A model generated the notes under the pieces. The model was not told where the DNA came from. It did no database searches and saw nothing but the letters and a program-made list of their open reading frames with translations. A DNA stretch of 62,991 nucleotides, filler included, from Rhabdomonas costata (lineage: Eukaryota), in NCBI GenBank assembly GCA_019059605.1. It is 55 parts of 55 records of this genome, joined end to end, with 100 filler letters (N's around TTAATTAATTAA, not from the genome) between each part and the next. Parts side by side here need not be neighbours in the genome. Positions count along the whole stretch, not along the records: positions 1 to 1,048 come from JAHMHO010031459.1; positions 1,149 to 2,197 come from JAHMHO010031460.1; positions 2,298 to 3,345 come from JAHMHO010031461.1; positions 3,446 to 4,493 come from JAHMHO010031462.1; positions 4,594 to 5,641 come from JAHMHO010031463.1; positions 5,742 to 6,789 come from JAHMHO010031464.1; positions 6,890 to 7,937 come from JAHMHO010031465.1; positions 8,038 to 9,083 come from JAHMHO010031466.1; 47 more parts are not named here. One strand, 5' to 3'. The position numbers and the translations under genes are program-made. Positions 1-12,185 of the stretch are shown in pieces; position 1 is the first letter of the stretch, and each line of letters opens with the position of its first letter.

Positions 1-1048
1 GTTACCCAGACATTTCAGCCACCGGCACAATTGAAATCACATTCATACCAGATAAAAACCTGTGTGTAGGGTCAAAACAAAAAAGTGTGAGGTTGAAAAA
101 AGTCATTCCAACTACCTCATCGCGCAGTGCGTTGGACCGCAATAATAAGCGCAACTTTCGTACATAATCATTTTAGAAGAGAAACCGAAATTCGAATGCT
201 CACGGAACCAGAATTTAAAGTCAAGGTATTAGGGATTGCCAAAATATCACACAGAAGAGCGTGCAACACGCGGTTCGCGCTTTTCGATCGAAGTAGGCAA
301 CTGTCCGGCACCATAGGTCACCTGACTTGACACTTGGCTGTTGCTTCTCGAGCACTGTAAGACAAACTGAAGCATTTCTTGCTTCCGCGTTTCCCGCTCT
401 GGAGCTGGTGGTGGAGGATGTTTCGACTTCCAAGCATTGTACACCTGCATAAAAAATACAGCCTTCATTCAGAGTGAAAAACAACCAATGTGCAAACAAA
501 GCAAGAACGCAGACCGAAATCATTCTCTGAAGCTCTTTCTCCTGAGCTTTCGACAAGAGCTCAGCCTCCATGAATCGGCGCATCGCCTCCAGTGCGTCTT
601 TGAGCTCCCTCGTGATAGAAGGTGCCGCAATGCCTTTTGAGAACGTTGCATGATAAAAGTAGCATAGCACCTGCAACCCAAACGGCGGAATATGAGAAAT
701 TCAGCTTGACACCAAAAGAGGGAAGAAATGCAAATAAAAAAGGCGCGCGAGCACTTTTCTCAAAAAGTTTGGATAGTCGGAGTTGTTTGGGTCTCTCATC
801 AAGGACAGGGCCTCGGGCGCCGAAACCCAGCGACACTCGGCCACCTCTGCTGGGTCGCCGTCAGCCTGGGGGCCATCACTCAATTCCCGAGATGGCGGCA
901 GTCCACATACAATCATGTGGTTGGTATTGCCAAGATCCCTGCCCCAACTACAAAGCAAACACATCAAACACATCCAACGCAAAAAGCACAGCCTCAGAGA
1001 TTCTGTCAAAGGTTGAAACAAAGAAGGGGACATGTGACACAAAAAACC

Positions 1049-1148
1049 NNNNNNNNNNNNNNNNNNNNNNNNNNNNNNNNNNNNNNNNNNNNTTAATTAA
1101 TTAANNNNNNNNNNNNNNNNNNNNNNNNNNNNNNNNNNNNNNNNNNNN
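1049..1148. other. Artificial contig-joining spacer (N-run/TTAATTAATTAA/N-run); first of about 54, recurring every ~1148 nt
   Basis: Identical 12-mer with stops in all six frames, flanked by N runs, at 1093, 2242, 3390 ... 61889. ORFs ending in 'XXXLIN' or 'XXXN' are artefacts of it. Confidence 0.99.
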
Positions 1149-2486
1149 GGCTGGGGCTCTTTAGCTGAGGCGGGGCCGGGGTCTTGGGCAAAGCGGGTGG
1201 TTTAGCTGGACTTCTCTTGCTGTGGATTCTGCTGACTGCTCGTTTCAAAAGCCTTTGCTTTCGAGGGTTCCGCTGGGAGGTAGGGTCCTGGAGGTATTTC
1301 CTCTACCAAGCCGTCCGCTTACGCCTTTCCCACCCAAAAACAAGGCAAGCAAGAATGGAACGGCACCAAAGCACAGCACAGGGGAAAGTGAGAAGGTTCA
1401 GCTCTCAACCTTTTCAGCCCTGACTCGCCTCTATCTCGCTTTCGCATCGATCCGCTGGGCTTTTAGCTACAACCTGTAAAATAGGTAAACAGCTTTCTAT
1501 TAGCAACCCAAAAACACCACGAAAACAAAAGTATACCAAAATTAAACTCAACCAAATAGCATCCGACGTCAGACGTCGGTTTCCAGACCTTTATCGGGAT
1601 CTTATTCTAATCTCTTGAAATCGGCGTTAAAGAAAACCGACTTGTTCCATTTTAATCCTACATCCGCTCGTTGTCAAATTCAATTTGACCTCCTCTCTGC
1701 TCGCTGGCTGCTCTCCTTTCTCTTGTGCTTTTCGCTTGCCGTGCCTTCCTGCTTTTTGCGTTTTTTTTGCTTTCCTTCCCAATCCTTTCTCTCAATGTCT
1801 CGCTCGAGGGGCTTGCCCTTCTCTCTCTCTCCATCTCCGGTTCTGCCCTCTCTCTCATTTCCCTCTCTCGCTTTGCTTTTCTGCAGGGCAGGGTTTCGTA
1901 TGCTCGAGTTGTGCTTTTTCCCTACTTGCATCGGTCAGATGTTTTTGCTCTTGCTTCCCCTTCTTCATCAACTTTCTCTCCATTCAACTGCTCTTGTATA
2001 TCTCCCGTGACTTCCTCACTCGCTTTATCCAAATGCACCACTACTTCATCAACTCTCGAGCTTTTCTGAAGTCTCATCTCACCAACAGAATTTATCTGCA
2101 GCAACAACGCTCTCCTCTCTTCTCAACTCAAGCGCTGAACTTGCAATCTTTAGCTGGTCAACCATTCCTCTCAAATCTCGTATATCGACAACACCCCNNN
2201 NNNNNNNNNNNNNNNNNNNNNNNNNNNNNNNNNNNNNNNNNTTAATTAATTAANNNNNNNNNNNNNNNNNNNNNNNNNNNNNNNNNNNNNNNNNNNNTGT
2301 GGTGTGTACGGCAATACCACCGGGTTTCCCCAGGTGCACCTGTATACCCAACCGGTGTTCCCACGGACCCAACCGGGGGACAGGAGCAGTAGAATCCATG
2401 CGGCAACCCGGTGGTATTGCCGTAAACAACGAAATCCACGGATGATGAACAAAATCCGCACTTCCCGCTGCCCGAAGGCACCGTAA

Positions 2487-2753
2487 TCAGCTCGACTTCT
2501 TCTGCGCCACAGTAGTACGGTGAAGCGTCTCGGCCAGACGGGCGACCTGGGCCTCCAAAGTAGCGGGCAGCGCCTTCTGCACTCGAGCCAGTGCCTCTGC
2601 GGAGGGCTCGGACTCCCCGCCGCGGCCGCCGTGGTGGAACTTAAGCTGTTGCCCCAGCCAGCTCTCCACGCCTCGGACACACTTCAGAAGCGCGGAGGCC
2701 TGTGTGGCGAGGGCCCGCAGGAAGGGCAGGCCATCCACTGTGACCAGCTTGCT
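2487..2753 (-). CDS. Terminal coding exon of an unidentified protein
   Basis: Acceptor tgtgtgcag| followed by GC-rich open frame SKLVTVDGLPFLRALATQ...AQKKSS*. No family recognised. Confidence 0.4.
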   Translation of the reverse strand, partial: SKLVTVDGLPFLRALATQASALLKCVRGVESWLGQQLKFHHGGRGGESEPSAEALARVQKALPATLEAQVARLAETLHRTTVAQKKSS

Positions 2754-3445
2754 CTGCACACACAGAAGCGTGGAGAAGAGATGAGATTGTTATAAATAGT
2801 TTCTCTTGTCGCATCTTATCGCATCGCTTTCCTTCCATCCAATCCGCAACCAATGATTGCTTAACGATGTGCTTTCTCAGAGTATGCAATGCAACGCAAG
2901 TCTCCATTCAAGAATCGCTTCTGAAGACACCGAACACAGAGTATGGGATACCACGCTAAGGCACTGCTGTCGGTCTCCTTTGACGGCTATTGAAGATTAC
3001 TGTGGGCATTCTTTCGCTTCGCGACACATGACCCTTGGAATTACTGGGCGGAAGTCTGTGCTCATGGGTGCATTGCGTGCGTCCGTTCCGAGGGGTGCAG
3101 GGCTCTACGTCTTTGGAATTCTGCGAGGCGATTCTCTCAGGGGCGATGTTGAGGAAAGAATTTCGTGGTTTTTCCCGCTGACCCGTCACAGCGAAGAACC
3201 ATAAGTGTAGTTATGTCATCGGATGGACCGAGCATTTACACCGACCGGAATAGAGACTTCCCCAGTGCGGTGGTGCTCCATCTGATGACATAACTACACT
3301 TATGGTTCTTCGCTGTGACGGGTCAGCGGGAAAAACCACCAAACCNNNNNNNNNNNNNNNNNNNNNNNNNNNNNNNNNNNNNNNNNNNNTTAATTAATTA
3401 ANNNNNNNNNNNNNNNNNNNNNNNNNNNNNNNNNNNNNNNNNNNN

Positions 3446-3929
3446 AGGTGAGATGGGAAAATGAAGACGAGGCCGCAAGAGCTTGAATTCCGGCATCGCT
3501 GAGCGGGTTTTCACTCACATCCAAGGAGGTGAGGTTCGGGCAAAAGGGGGCTGCCACAAGTGTTTGCATTCCTGCACACATGATCTGGTTGCCACTTACA
3601 TCTAACGAGGTGAGGTTGGGGAAAAGGCAGGTAGCGGACCTGGAGAGCATTGCAGCCCCAAGCAAAAGCTCCACGAGCTTCTTCCCTTTCACTGAAATTC
3701 CCGAAGCAGAGCATCCCAGCCAAAGACTCCCGGGAAGACTCTCTGCCGCCTCGGGGTTCGCTCGGAGCTCATTTCCGGCCCCGAGCACAACCCTCCACTC
3801 AGGAACGAAGATCTCATCTACCAGCCCTCGAAACTGCGTGTACACCAGCCGCAAGGCAAGGCGAGCTGTGGCGTTTCCCCCCAGGAACCGAAAACTGCAC
3901 ACCAAGGTGTCCTCAGGAAGCCTGGACAT
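3446..3929 (-). CDS. F-box/leucine-rich repeat (RNI-like) protein, N-terminal part
   Basis: ATG 3929. F-box-like MSRLPEDTLVCSFRFL...LRLVYTQFRGLV, then LRRs FPNLTSLDVSGNQI / CPNLTSLDVSENPLSDAGIQALA; runs into the gap. Confidence 0.7.
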
Positions 3930-6627
3930 GCTGAGGGGGCGGGAGGTGCTTCGTGTGTGCTGTTCAATGAGAAATATGAGAGCACCTGTGGCGAGAATGA
4001 AAGGAACACAATCGAAATTCGTGGGTGGTCGGGAAGGGAAAAATGCATCCTCCACCTGAGCGGCAAACGGAAGCCATCTCACTGATTCACTGCCAGGCCC
4101 AAATCAATTCGGTCATTTGGGGCACGCCTCATGCCTACATGCGCACCAGGCTAAGAAATCGCAGGATGTTTCCCAGAGAGCTGTTGTGGTACTTCCGAAG
4201 AGCACGTCATTCCTGAAATTCGCCTCTTCCAAAGTGCTCTGAGCACCTTTCTGTTACCGTCCTTCGCCCTTGACGTCAACTTCAGGACCTGAAGCAATGA
4301 CCCCACATGTTCCCTCCAATCGTCTCCACAGTTTTCCTGCGTGGACAGCGCAGCTTTTGCTTGGACAGCTGTGATTCCAACTTTCTGAAAAATCCCGGCT
4401 CTGCCGAGAGACCTTGCAAGTAAATTCGGAACAATAGTGTGTCAGTGGTTTGGTGCGGAGGAGGAAGGAGGGGAGAGAGGAAGGGGAATATCANNNNNNN
4501 NNNNNNNNNNNNNNNNNNNNNNNNNNNNNNNNNNNNNTTAATTAATTAANNNNNNNNNNNNNNNNNNNNNNNNNNNNNNNNNNNNNNNNNNNNGGGGGTG
4601 TGTGCAGTGAAGACATGGTGCCCGTCGGCCTTCTGCGGCTGCCGGACGAGAAGCTCGTGGCATGCTACCAGCCCCTGGGCGAGCACGCGGCCCCTACCGG
4701 TCCTGACGAGTGGTGCGCAGAAGTTGCATTTTTTCCCTCTTCTCGCATGGGTCTCAGTGTGGTGGGGGAAGTTGTCGGAGGTTGCTGGCAGCCGGGTGCG
4801 CGCGGGACAGTTGTGCTTCTCTGAAGTTCGTGCGCAGCCAAAGCAGTAAGTTTCAGTTGGCAAACTTTCTTGCTTCTTTCTCTTTCAAGTTCTCGTTCCC
4901 CGTCTCTTTCTCTATTTTTCTTGGTGCAGCCGCGTTTTGATCTCATTGATTGGGAAACACGACCTCAATTTAACCTCTGCTGCCCTTCGCATCCCTGAAA
5001 TACAACAACAAAACAATCGAAACAATGCGCGCCAGAGCGTCGCATTGGGTGGGTCATGCCTACCTTCTTGATGTGGGGGCCGAGTCGACAGTCGTTATTC
5101 TGTGGAGTTTAATTTGACTTCCTGGGGGCATTGCGCTTGGACTTTTCACGGTTTCGGTTCACGTTGGCTTACTCCCCAACCTTTGTTTCCCACGGCTCAC
5201 CTCTACTCCCAGGTTCCAGATGTTCCAGGGGATCGTGGGTAGGTGGCTAAATAGTAGCTTTTCGAGTGGGTTGCTCACCAACCTGGGAGGCTTGGGGCTT
5301 CTTGAGTCTTCTCTCCACGCCACGCAACGAAAACACAGTTGCTTGTCATATGCCGTCCCCAGGCTTGAGGTCTCATGAGCTTAGGGGGTCGCACTGACTT
5401 AGTGAAGCATTGATCCCATGATTGCAATGCGCCCGCCACTCGCCCGTCGATCTGGTTGCTGCAGGATGTACACCTTGGGTCGCACCATGTGGAACCACCA
5501 GCCCGTCACCGACCTCTTCGAGGCCTACCTTGCCGAAGCTCGAAGCCGCCATGGTCCCTCAGCAACCACCACCTCCCCATCCGCTCCCACGGTGGCTCCA
5601 GGCGAGGGCTCTTCCGGGGGTGGCGAGCAACCCACCACCCCNNNNNNNNNNNNNNNNNNNNNNNNNNNNNNNNNNNNNNNNNNNNTTAATTAATTAANNN
5701 NNNNNNNNNNNNNNNNNNNNNNNNNNNNNNNNNNNNNNNNNGTTGTGTGGTGTACGATGACCAATGGGGATGGTAGTTACGTGGGACTTTCGGGTCAGCG
5801 AGTAGCCCAAGCGGTTGTTTCTTATGAGCATGCAGCTTCCTTGTATGTTCACATCTACACCGTGCGCGATGCTGCGTTTTTCGTGTGCTCTTTCTCTCTT
5901 GAACAGACGAGGGGGCAAGGAAGGCTTCCCTTGAAGGCAAAAGAAAATGATTGCGAGCGTGTGCATTCGTGTGCGTAGCGTCCTGTGGAGTGACTATGGA
6001 GTGATGGGGTGGATCACAGCTTTCATGGGACGCTATTTCGGTGGTGCCCAACTTTCTGCCGACTGGGGTGGCGGTACTTTTCCTGGGCGGGGTCGCGCTT
6101 CCCATGGCAGGGCTGCTTGTGTTGGGGCCCTCCCCTGCTTTGGTGGGGCACAAGCCCCGAGTCTCTGCACCACGACTCAGCCTTGCACTGGTGACCTCGC
6201 TGTTTTCCATCGCAGTGAGTGGCATCCTATACTGGTACTCCTCTCTGTCTCTCTCTCTGCCGTTTTCTTTGGGGCAGGTGTCTTGTTGGACGTTGGAGCT
6301 ATGCTTCTATTGTGGTCTTCACCACCTTTTTATTGTTTTTCCGGTGGCCAGATATCTCCACATCGGTGGCAAGAATGCTAGGGCACACCCTCCTGCTATT
6401 GCTCGTGCAGGGTGCTGCACTGAGCAGGTACTATCTACGCCTTCCGTGACCTGGGGGTGATCCCCTCCCCGGGTTGCAGGGCAGCCTGTGTGCACTTAAT
6501 GTTTTGTGACAACTGTACGCCATTCACGTCTTGAGTTTGGAATAGGCAGCGCCAGCCGTTTTCCTGCCAATTGTGAAGTGCTATGAAAATAGGAGATAAG
6601 AAGAAAGCCAGCTAGAAAATACCAAAA

Positions 6628-6658
<31 letters not shown>

Positions 6659-6659
6659 G

Positions 6660-6695
<36 letters not shown>

Positions 6696-6699
6696 AAGA
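6628..6699 (+). repeat. (AAAG)n/(AG)n microsatellite
   Basis: Directly visible aaagaaag...agagagag tract. Confidence 0.95.
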
Positions 6700-7167
6700 A
6701 ACCAAAAAGCATATCTTTCTGTTCTGTCTCTATTTTTCTGTGGTGGTTGCTCTTTCGTCTCACCCGAATCAAAGAGCAACCACCAACACNNNNNNNNNNN
6801 NNNNNNNNNNNNNNNNNNNNNNNNNNNNNNNNNTTAATTAATTAANNNNNNNNNNNNNNNNNNNNNNNNNNNNNNNNNNNNNNNNNNNNGGTTGGGTGGC
6901 AAGAAAGGCTGCGCTGTTGTACTGCGTCGCTGCCTCTGCTGGTGATTTGTTCAAGCCACCTCGCAAAGCGTTAAAGCATGTCGCATCCTTGCACAAATTC
7001 AATATGAAAAGTATAAGAAGAAACAGCAGAACAGAGTACACTTCTTCTCGAACACGCTCTGCGTGTTTGTTGGCTGGGCGTGTGTTGGTGTCTCTGAAGC
7101 CGGACTTTCAGTATCCCCTTTCCTCCCCCTCCCCAGCTTTCCGTCCCTCTTTCTCCCTTTCCTCCAG

Positions 7168-7292
7168 GAAACACAACGATCACCGTCGTGGGCGAGCACC
7201 TCAGCGGAGAGCTCTCCACAGTAGTCCGGCTGCTGCGCACGGGGCAGAACCCAATCTTGTGCTCCACCGTCACCCCGCTCACCTCCACAGAG
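7168..7292 (+). CDS. Internal exon, possible IPT/TIG-like domain
   Basis: Pyrimidine tract + cag acceptor, gtcagc donor. Peptide (G)NTTITVVGEHLSG...ILCSTVTPLTSTE resembles the G.T.ITI.G.NL...C pattern of IPT/TIG repeats. Confidence 0.35.
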
Positions 7293-8037
7293 GTCAGCCC
7301 CATTTTTTCGCTGTGCGTTTATGTTTTCTAAGAGGTGCACTCCAATCCCTGATTTGCATTTGGTTTTTCGCTCGCCGTTTGCGCTGGCCCTGTGGTGGCC
7401 CAAGCTTGGCAGGGGAAAATGGTGCACAAGCACTCTACCTCCCACCACTGCTGTAGGGGAACGGCCAATATCGAGTTCGCACCTCTCTCGTCTTCTGTCT
7501 TTCCTTGTTGCCCAGGCCGTCGCCCGTCATCCCCAGCGCGGCTCCGGCTTTCTCTCCTCCGCTTCCCCGCGTCCTCTTGATGGGTTGTTCGCGGTCGGCA
7601 TCCACACGCGGAACTTACACATTCACACATGCATCTCTCAATTCTAACCCTTTCGCCTCCGCCGGTGCTCCCTCTCATTTAAATTTCTTCAGTCTCAGTC
7701 TTTTCTCCGCACGCTCTCTCACCTTCTCATGCCGCTTCCCCTGTAACTTAACTTAGTTGCCTTGCGTTTTCTTTTTGCTCAAGTCCTTCTCCTTTCCTAC
7801 ACTGTGAACACACTGCCCCAGAAACTGCAAAAAACAAAAAACCGTCTGAAAACGGTAGTGGTTTCGTGTTTACATCCTGAGTTCCCTCATCGTTGTTTTG
7901 GATGATTTAAAGTGAGGTGTTCCCCCTCCCCCACAAANNNNNNNNNNNNNNNNNNNNNNNNNNNNNNNNNNNNNNNNNNNNTTAATTAATTAANNNNNNN
8001 NNNNNNNNNNNNNNNNNNNNNNNNNNNNNNNNNNNNN

Positions 8038-9075
8038 TGCGAAGTACGTTCCGATGGAGCTTCTGCGGCACCTGCTGAGCCAGCCCGTGCACACCGGCGC
8101 CTTCATGGATCACCGTGTAGTGACCGTGGCCTTCTGCGACCTGCAGAAGTTTCATGTTTACCACGAGACGCTGAGTCCCACGGAGCTGCTTCTGGTGCTT
8201 ACGCAGTTCTTTGACCTGATCTGTGAGACGGTGAGCAGCAACTCCGGGACTGTGGACAAGTACATTGGAGATTGTGTGATGGTATGGCTTTTTGTTGCCT
8301 TTGATTTTTTTTTTACCAATTTTGCGATACTTGATTTTAGTCCCTGGTAGGTCAAGCCTTTCATGCATGCATTTTTCGCCTGGGTCAGATGTTTGCTTGA
8401 TTGATCGATCGATTGACTTTTTACAGCGGGAGGCTTTTCTTTGATCCGTTTTTCATTCACTGTGCGATCCTATGGATGTTATTGTCTGGTTTTCTTCGCT
8501 GCCCGCATTTGAAAACAACTCCAGCTGTCGCGAGGACGCCCACCGCAGTAGGCTCGTTGTTTTGTTTCGCCTGTTTGGAACGCAGGCACTCTGGAACTGC
8601 CCGCAGCCCGTACCCGAGCACGAGGAGTGTGCCCTCATGGCAGTGCTGCAGATGCGGGCGGGACTGCCCCGGCTCCGAGAGATGGTGGGCCGGCTGGCCC
8701 CGACCTCCGTAGACTTCACCGCTGGGGTGCACACGGGGCGCGTGATGGCGGGCTCGATGGGCTCCTCGGTGCGGCTGGGGTACACGTGCATTGGGGCGGG
8801 CGTGAACATGGCGTCCCGCCTGCAGCCCCTGAACCTGGAGCTGGGCACCCGAATCCTGGCCAGTGCGGAGACGATGGCGCGGGTGCAGCGGGTGATCTCG
8901 CGGTACATCGGGACGGTGCGGGTGCTTGGGTCGTGCAACTCCATGGAGGTGTTCGAGCCTGTGGGTATTCTTTCGGATGCCTCGGGACATGGGAACGAGG
9001 GGCCATCCGATCTGGTCGTTCTGGCGTCTCAGCTTGAGCCAAGATGGGAGCAGGAGGAGACTGTGATGTTCCTGG
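8038..9075 (+). CDS. Class III adenylate cyclase catalytic domain; exons 8038-8281 and 8586-~9075
   Basis: Removing intron 8282-8585 (gtatgg...cgcag, phase 0) joins VTVAFCDL...VDKYIGDCVM to ALWNCP...GVHTGRVMAGSMGS..RLGYTCIGAGVNMASRLQ. Both metal-binding Asp, the ATP-specifying Lys and Thr, and the catalytic N/R are present. Confidence 0.93.
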
Positions 9076-9343
9076 GTAAGCCCNNNNNNNNNNNNNNNNN
9101 NNNNNNNNNNNNNNNNNNNNNNNNNNNTTAATTAATTAANNNNNNNNNNNNNNNNNNNNNNNNNNNNNNNNNNNNNNNNNNNNGTTGTTTGTTTATGCTC
9201 ACCTCCCACCCGAGAAAGCATAAAGAAACAGGCCAAGGGAGAGGGAAGAAGAAGTAAACGGGGAATAGGTGAACATTCCGCTTCCCAGGCTTATATAGCC
9301 CCCTTTGCAAGGCTGTGGGACGCTCGCGGTTACGTCCTCCGCT

Positions 9344-9551
9344 TCAGGCCAGCTTGGTTCCCTTGTACGTGTCGCGAAGGATGTTCTTCTGGACCTTCCC
9401 GGTGGCGGTGTGGGGCAGCTCCTTCACGATGAAGCAGACGTCGGGCACCCACAGCTTCGCCAGCTTGGGCCGGAGGTACTCGATCAGCTCCGTGCCGGTG
9501 GCCGAGGCGCCGGGCTTCAGCACTACCAGCAGAATGGGGCGCTCATCCCAC
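9344..9551 (-). CDS. Last exon of an acyl-CoA ligase (AMP-binding C-terminal domain), AlkK/DmdB-like
   Basis: (CT)n + cag acceptor, then WDERPILLVV...AKLWVPD..IVKELPHTATGKVQKNILR...KLA*. Contains the A10 motif LPxTxTGK and the WDERP/W.PD signature of medium-chain acyl-CoA ligases. Confidence 0.85.
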
Positions 9552-9553
9552 CT

Positions 9554-9602
9554 GAGAGAGAGAGAGAGAGTGTGTGTGTGTGTGTATGTGTGTGTGTCTG
9601 TG
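9554..9602 (+). repeat. (GA)n(GT)n compound microsatellite; acts as the polypyrimidine tract on the minus strand
   Basis: Directly visible next to the acceptor of the ligase exon. Confidence 0.9.
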
Positions 9603-10500
9603 TTAGACGCATAGGGCGCTGGCTGTTGCCTGACTGATTGTTGGTAAGCGCTGTATGTGACTGACGGGCGCACGCGCTGTTGGCCACGGTACCTTCAAAA
9701 CAAGCGGTGCCGTGGGGAACCGGCTCACCGCCGAGCCTTCCACATGCGGCAACCTCCCTTCTGCCCCAGAGGCCCGGGGCGTTTGTCGCCGCATCAGCTT
9801 TTTTTCACTGGTTACCAGGGCTGCTTAATTCTCTGAAGGTGCGTGCTCCTATTTTGTGGAGGGGGGAGCTATCTCGTTGAAACGCACCTATGAGCTTTTC
9901 ATTCGGATGTGTGTGAACAAGCAGAAACGGAGTGAGACAGTGATGTGTGTGTGTGAAGCCAAATTAGCATGATGCATGCTGACCATTACCTCTCTAATGA
10001 GGACCCATTCTGAGCACAGCCTATTGCCATCCCAACTCGATAGGGGGGGGGGGAGGTAAACGCTCACTTACCACTTCCAAACAGAATTCACCATCTAACA
10101 ACCACCACCTCTTTAGTGAGCAACCCGAGCTGACCTCAGTTGGCATAAACACAGCACTGTCAATACCAGGGCCTGGCAATGTCTGTCAAACCACACCCCA
10201 ATCCCGTAGTGAAGCCCCCCAAAACNNNNNNNNNNNNNNNNNNNNNNNNNNNNNNNNNNNNNNNNNNNNTTAATTAATTAANNNNNNNNNNNNNNNNNNN
10301 NNNNNNNNNNNNNNNNNNNNNNNNNGTCCTTCTGACAAAGGTCTTGGTTGAGAACGGAAAATTCTTGAAAATGTAAAACAGGATAATACAGCAGGTTTTA
10401 TGGCTGGAAAAGGTGTATCGCAAAAAAAAAAGCAGATTGCACTTTTTGCAGTTGTGGAGGACCTAGGGGGGGATCACCTGAATCTTCTGCCTCTCTTCAG

Positions 10501-10611
10501 GCCAATGGCTACCCCACCATTCTGTTCGCCCCGGCCAACAATAAGGACTCGCCGGTGAAGTACGAGGGAGAGCGGGAGGTGGCTGCGATGAAGAAGTTCG
10601 TGGTTGACAAG
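10501..10611 (+). CDS. Protein disulfide isomerase / thioredoxin-domain exon
   Basis: cttcag|ANGYPTILFAPANNKDSPVKYEGEREVAAMKKFVVDK|gtgtgg matches the PDI a' domain pattern G(F/Y)PTI.F.P...K..P..Y.G.R. A possible next exon is 11151-11198 (GATTASLKGKKKSKK*). Confidence 0.82.
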
Positions 10612-11473
10612 GTGTGGAAGCCTCCCTCGCGCAGCGCCCCGTACTTTTCCCTTTTCCGCGGTGCTGATTGCTGTGCATAATAAGAGATGTGAAGAACTGT
10701 CTCCGGTTTTTTTTTTGCGTAAGAGCCACGTAGGAGCCTATAATGTTACCTCTGCCTGGAGTCCTTCTTGGCCAAGACTCACAACCCGCTTTCGTGCATC
10801 AGAAGAGAGCGGTGAGTCCATTTTTTATTTTTTGTTGAAGGAATTGCTTGGTCATTTTTAAGGAGCCCCTTCAGTCCTTCAGTAAATTATGATGGTTCTC
10901 ACTGACACGCGTTATTCATGGAATCTAAACATAAGAATTTGCGTAATGAACGTTTGGTCTCCCTGATTTTTTTCGGTCGTATGTGGCGATGCACACAAAG
11001 GGAAGCATGAACGCTGGTCTAGGGGGGACCGGCCCTCGTCGGCTCTCGAAGTAGTATCAACCCTTTTAACATTTCAGACCCAGTTCAGCTTTTTGTGCGC
11101 TTCTATATTGTTTCACTGCTCCTTGCTTTCCTAAATTCCCACACACACAGGGTGCCACCACTGCATCGCTCAAGGGCAAAAAGAAGAGCAAGAAGTGAGC
11201 TTTGCCGGCGAAGTCCGCCTGCGGAGGGAGAGATAGGGGGAGTGGAGAGAACTCGGGCTCTGACCCTCTTCTTCTTTTAGGGAGGAGTGGGATGGGAAGG
11301 GCTGACAATCGCTTTTGTTTTAATGCCGCAATCCGATTCTGCACGCACGCCCACGCGTATACTGATATTTGACNNNNNNNNNNNNNNNNNNNNNNNNNNN
11401 NNNNNNNNNNNNNNNNNTTAATTAATTAANNNNNNNNNNNNNNNNNNNNNNNNNNNNNNNNNNNNNNNNNNNN

Positions 11474-12185
11474 GGGGTGTGGGCAAGCTGTCATTGGCGG
11501 AAAATACCTTCACGGGCACCCCTGACCTGACCGCACTGCCCTTCACAGTGGTGGCGGTCAACCTCAGTGGGAACCACTTCAACGGCACTGTGGTGCTGTC
11601 TGGGCTTCCGCCGAACCTGACGGTGCTGAGTCTGGCAGGGAACCAGCTGAGTGGGCTTGTGGTGGGGAATGACACGGCGGGGGTGTTTGCAAGGAACAAC
11701 CTCAGCCTGAAGCTGGTTGGCAACCATTGGGCCTGCTGGTTGAGCCTTCCTCCATGGGTGCAGACGCCCTGCACTGGTATTTGTGCGTTGCATCATTTTG
11801 TTTTTGGATATATTTTGTTATTATCGATTTTTTATTGTCGATTATCGGCATCGGCAACTTAATTCTTTCTAATTTCATCCTTTCATCTGAGTTCATTGTT
11901 GCTACCGCGTCGTTATTCGTCCATCGCCCCTTTCTCTGTGTTGGTTTTTTGGTCTTTCCGTTCTGGTCCCATCTCGCTCACGGGATCAGCGTTTCTTGTG
12001 CGGTCGGGAAACAGCCGCTTGCGGAGGATCGTTTCACAATGGGACGTGCTCTGCGAGCTGCGGCACGGGCGTCTACATGGCCACGTTTATGATCACCGAC
12101 CCCACCACGGCCTATGCTTGCAGCCATGCCAATGGAACCACGCTGCGGTGGACGTGCAACAGCTTTCCCTGCGAATTGACTCGAG
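11474..12185 (+). CDS. Extracellular LRR protein with spondin-type TSP1 domain; exons 11474-11776 and 12015-~12170/12185
   Basis: LRRs LSLAENTFTG, VNLSGNHFNG, LSLAGNQLSG, then LRR cap GNHWAC. Phase-1 intron 11777-12014 joins in frame to ACGGSFHNGTCSASCGTG...TFMITDP...C...CNSFPC. Confidence 0.72.

Noticed and set aside
1615-2197. Overlapping F/L/S-rich and K/E/R-rich ORFs
   Set aside because: Purine/pyrimidine strand skew; the plausible frame is broken by stops and has no family motif.
2307-2425. 20-nt inverted repeat at a contig start
   Set aside because: Perfect arm directly after a G/T primer remnant; fold-back amplification artefact likely.
3164-3340. ~60-nt near-perfect inverted repeat
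   Set aside because: Terminates at the contig end; typical fold-back chimera.
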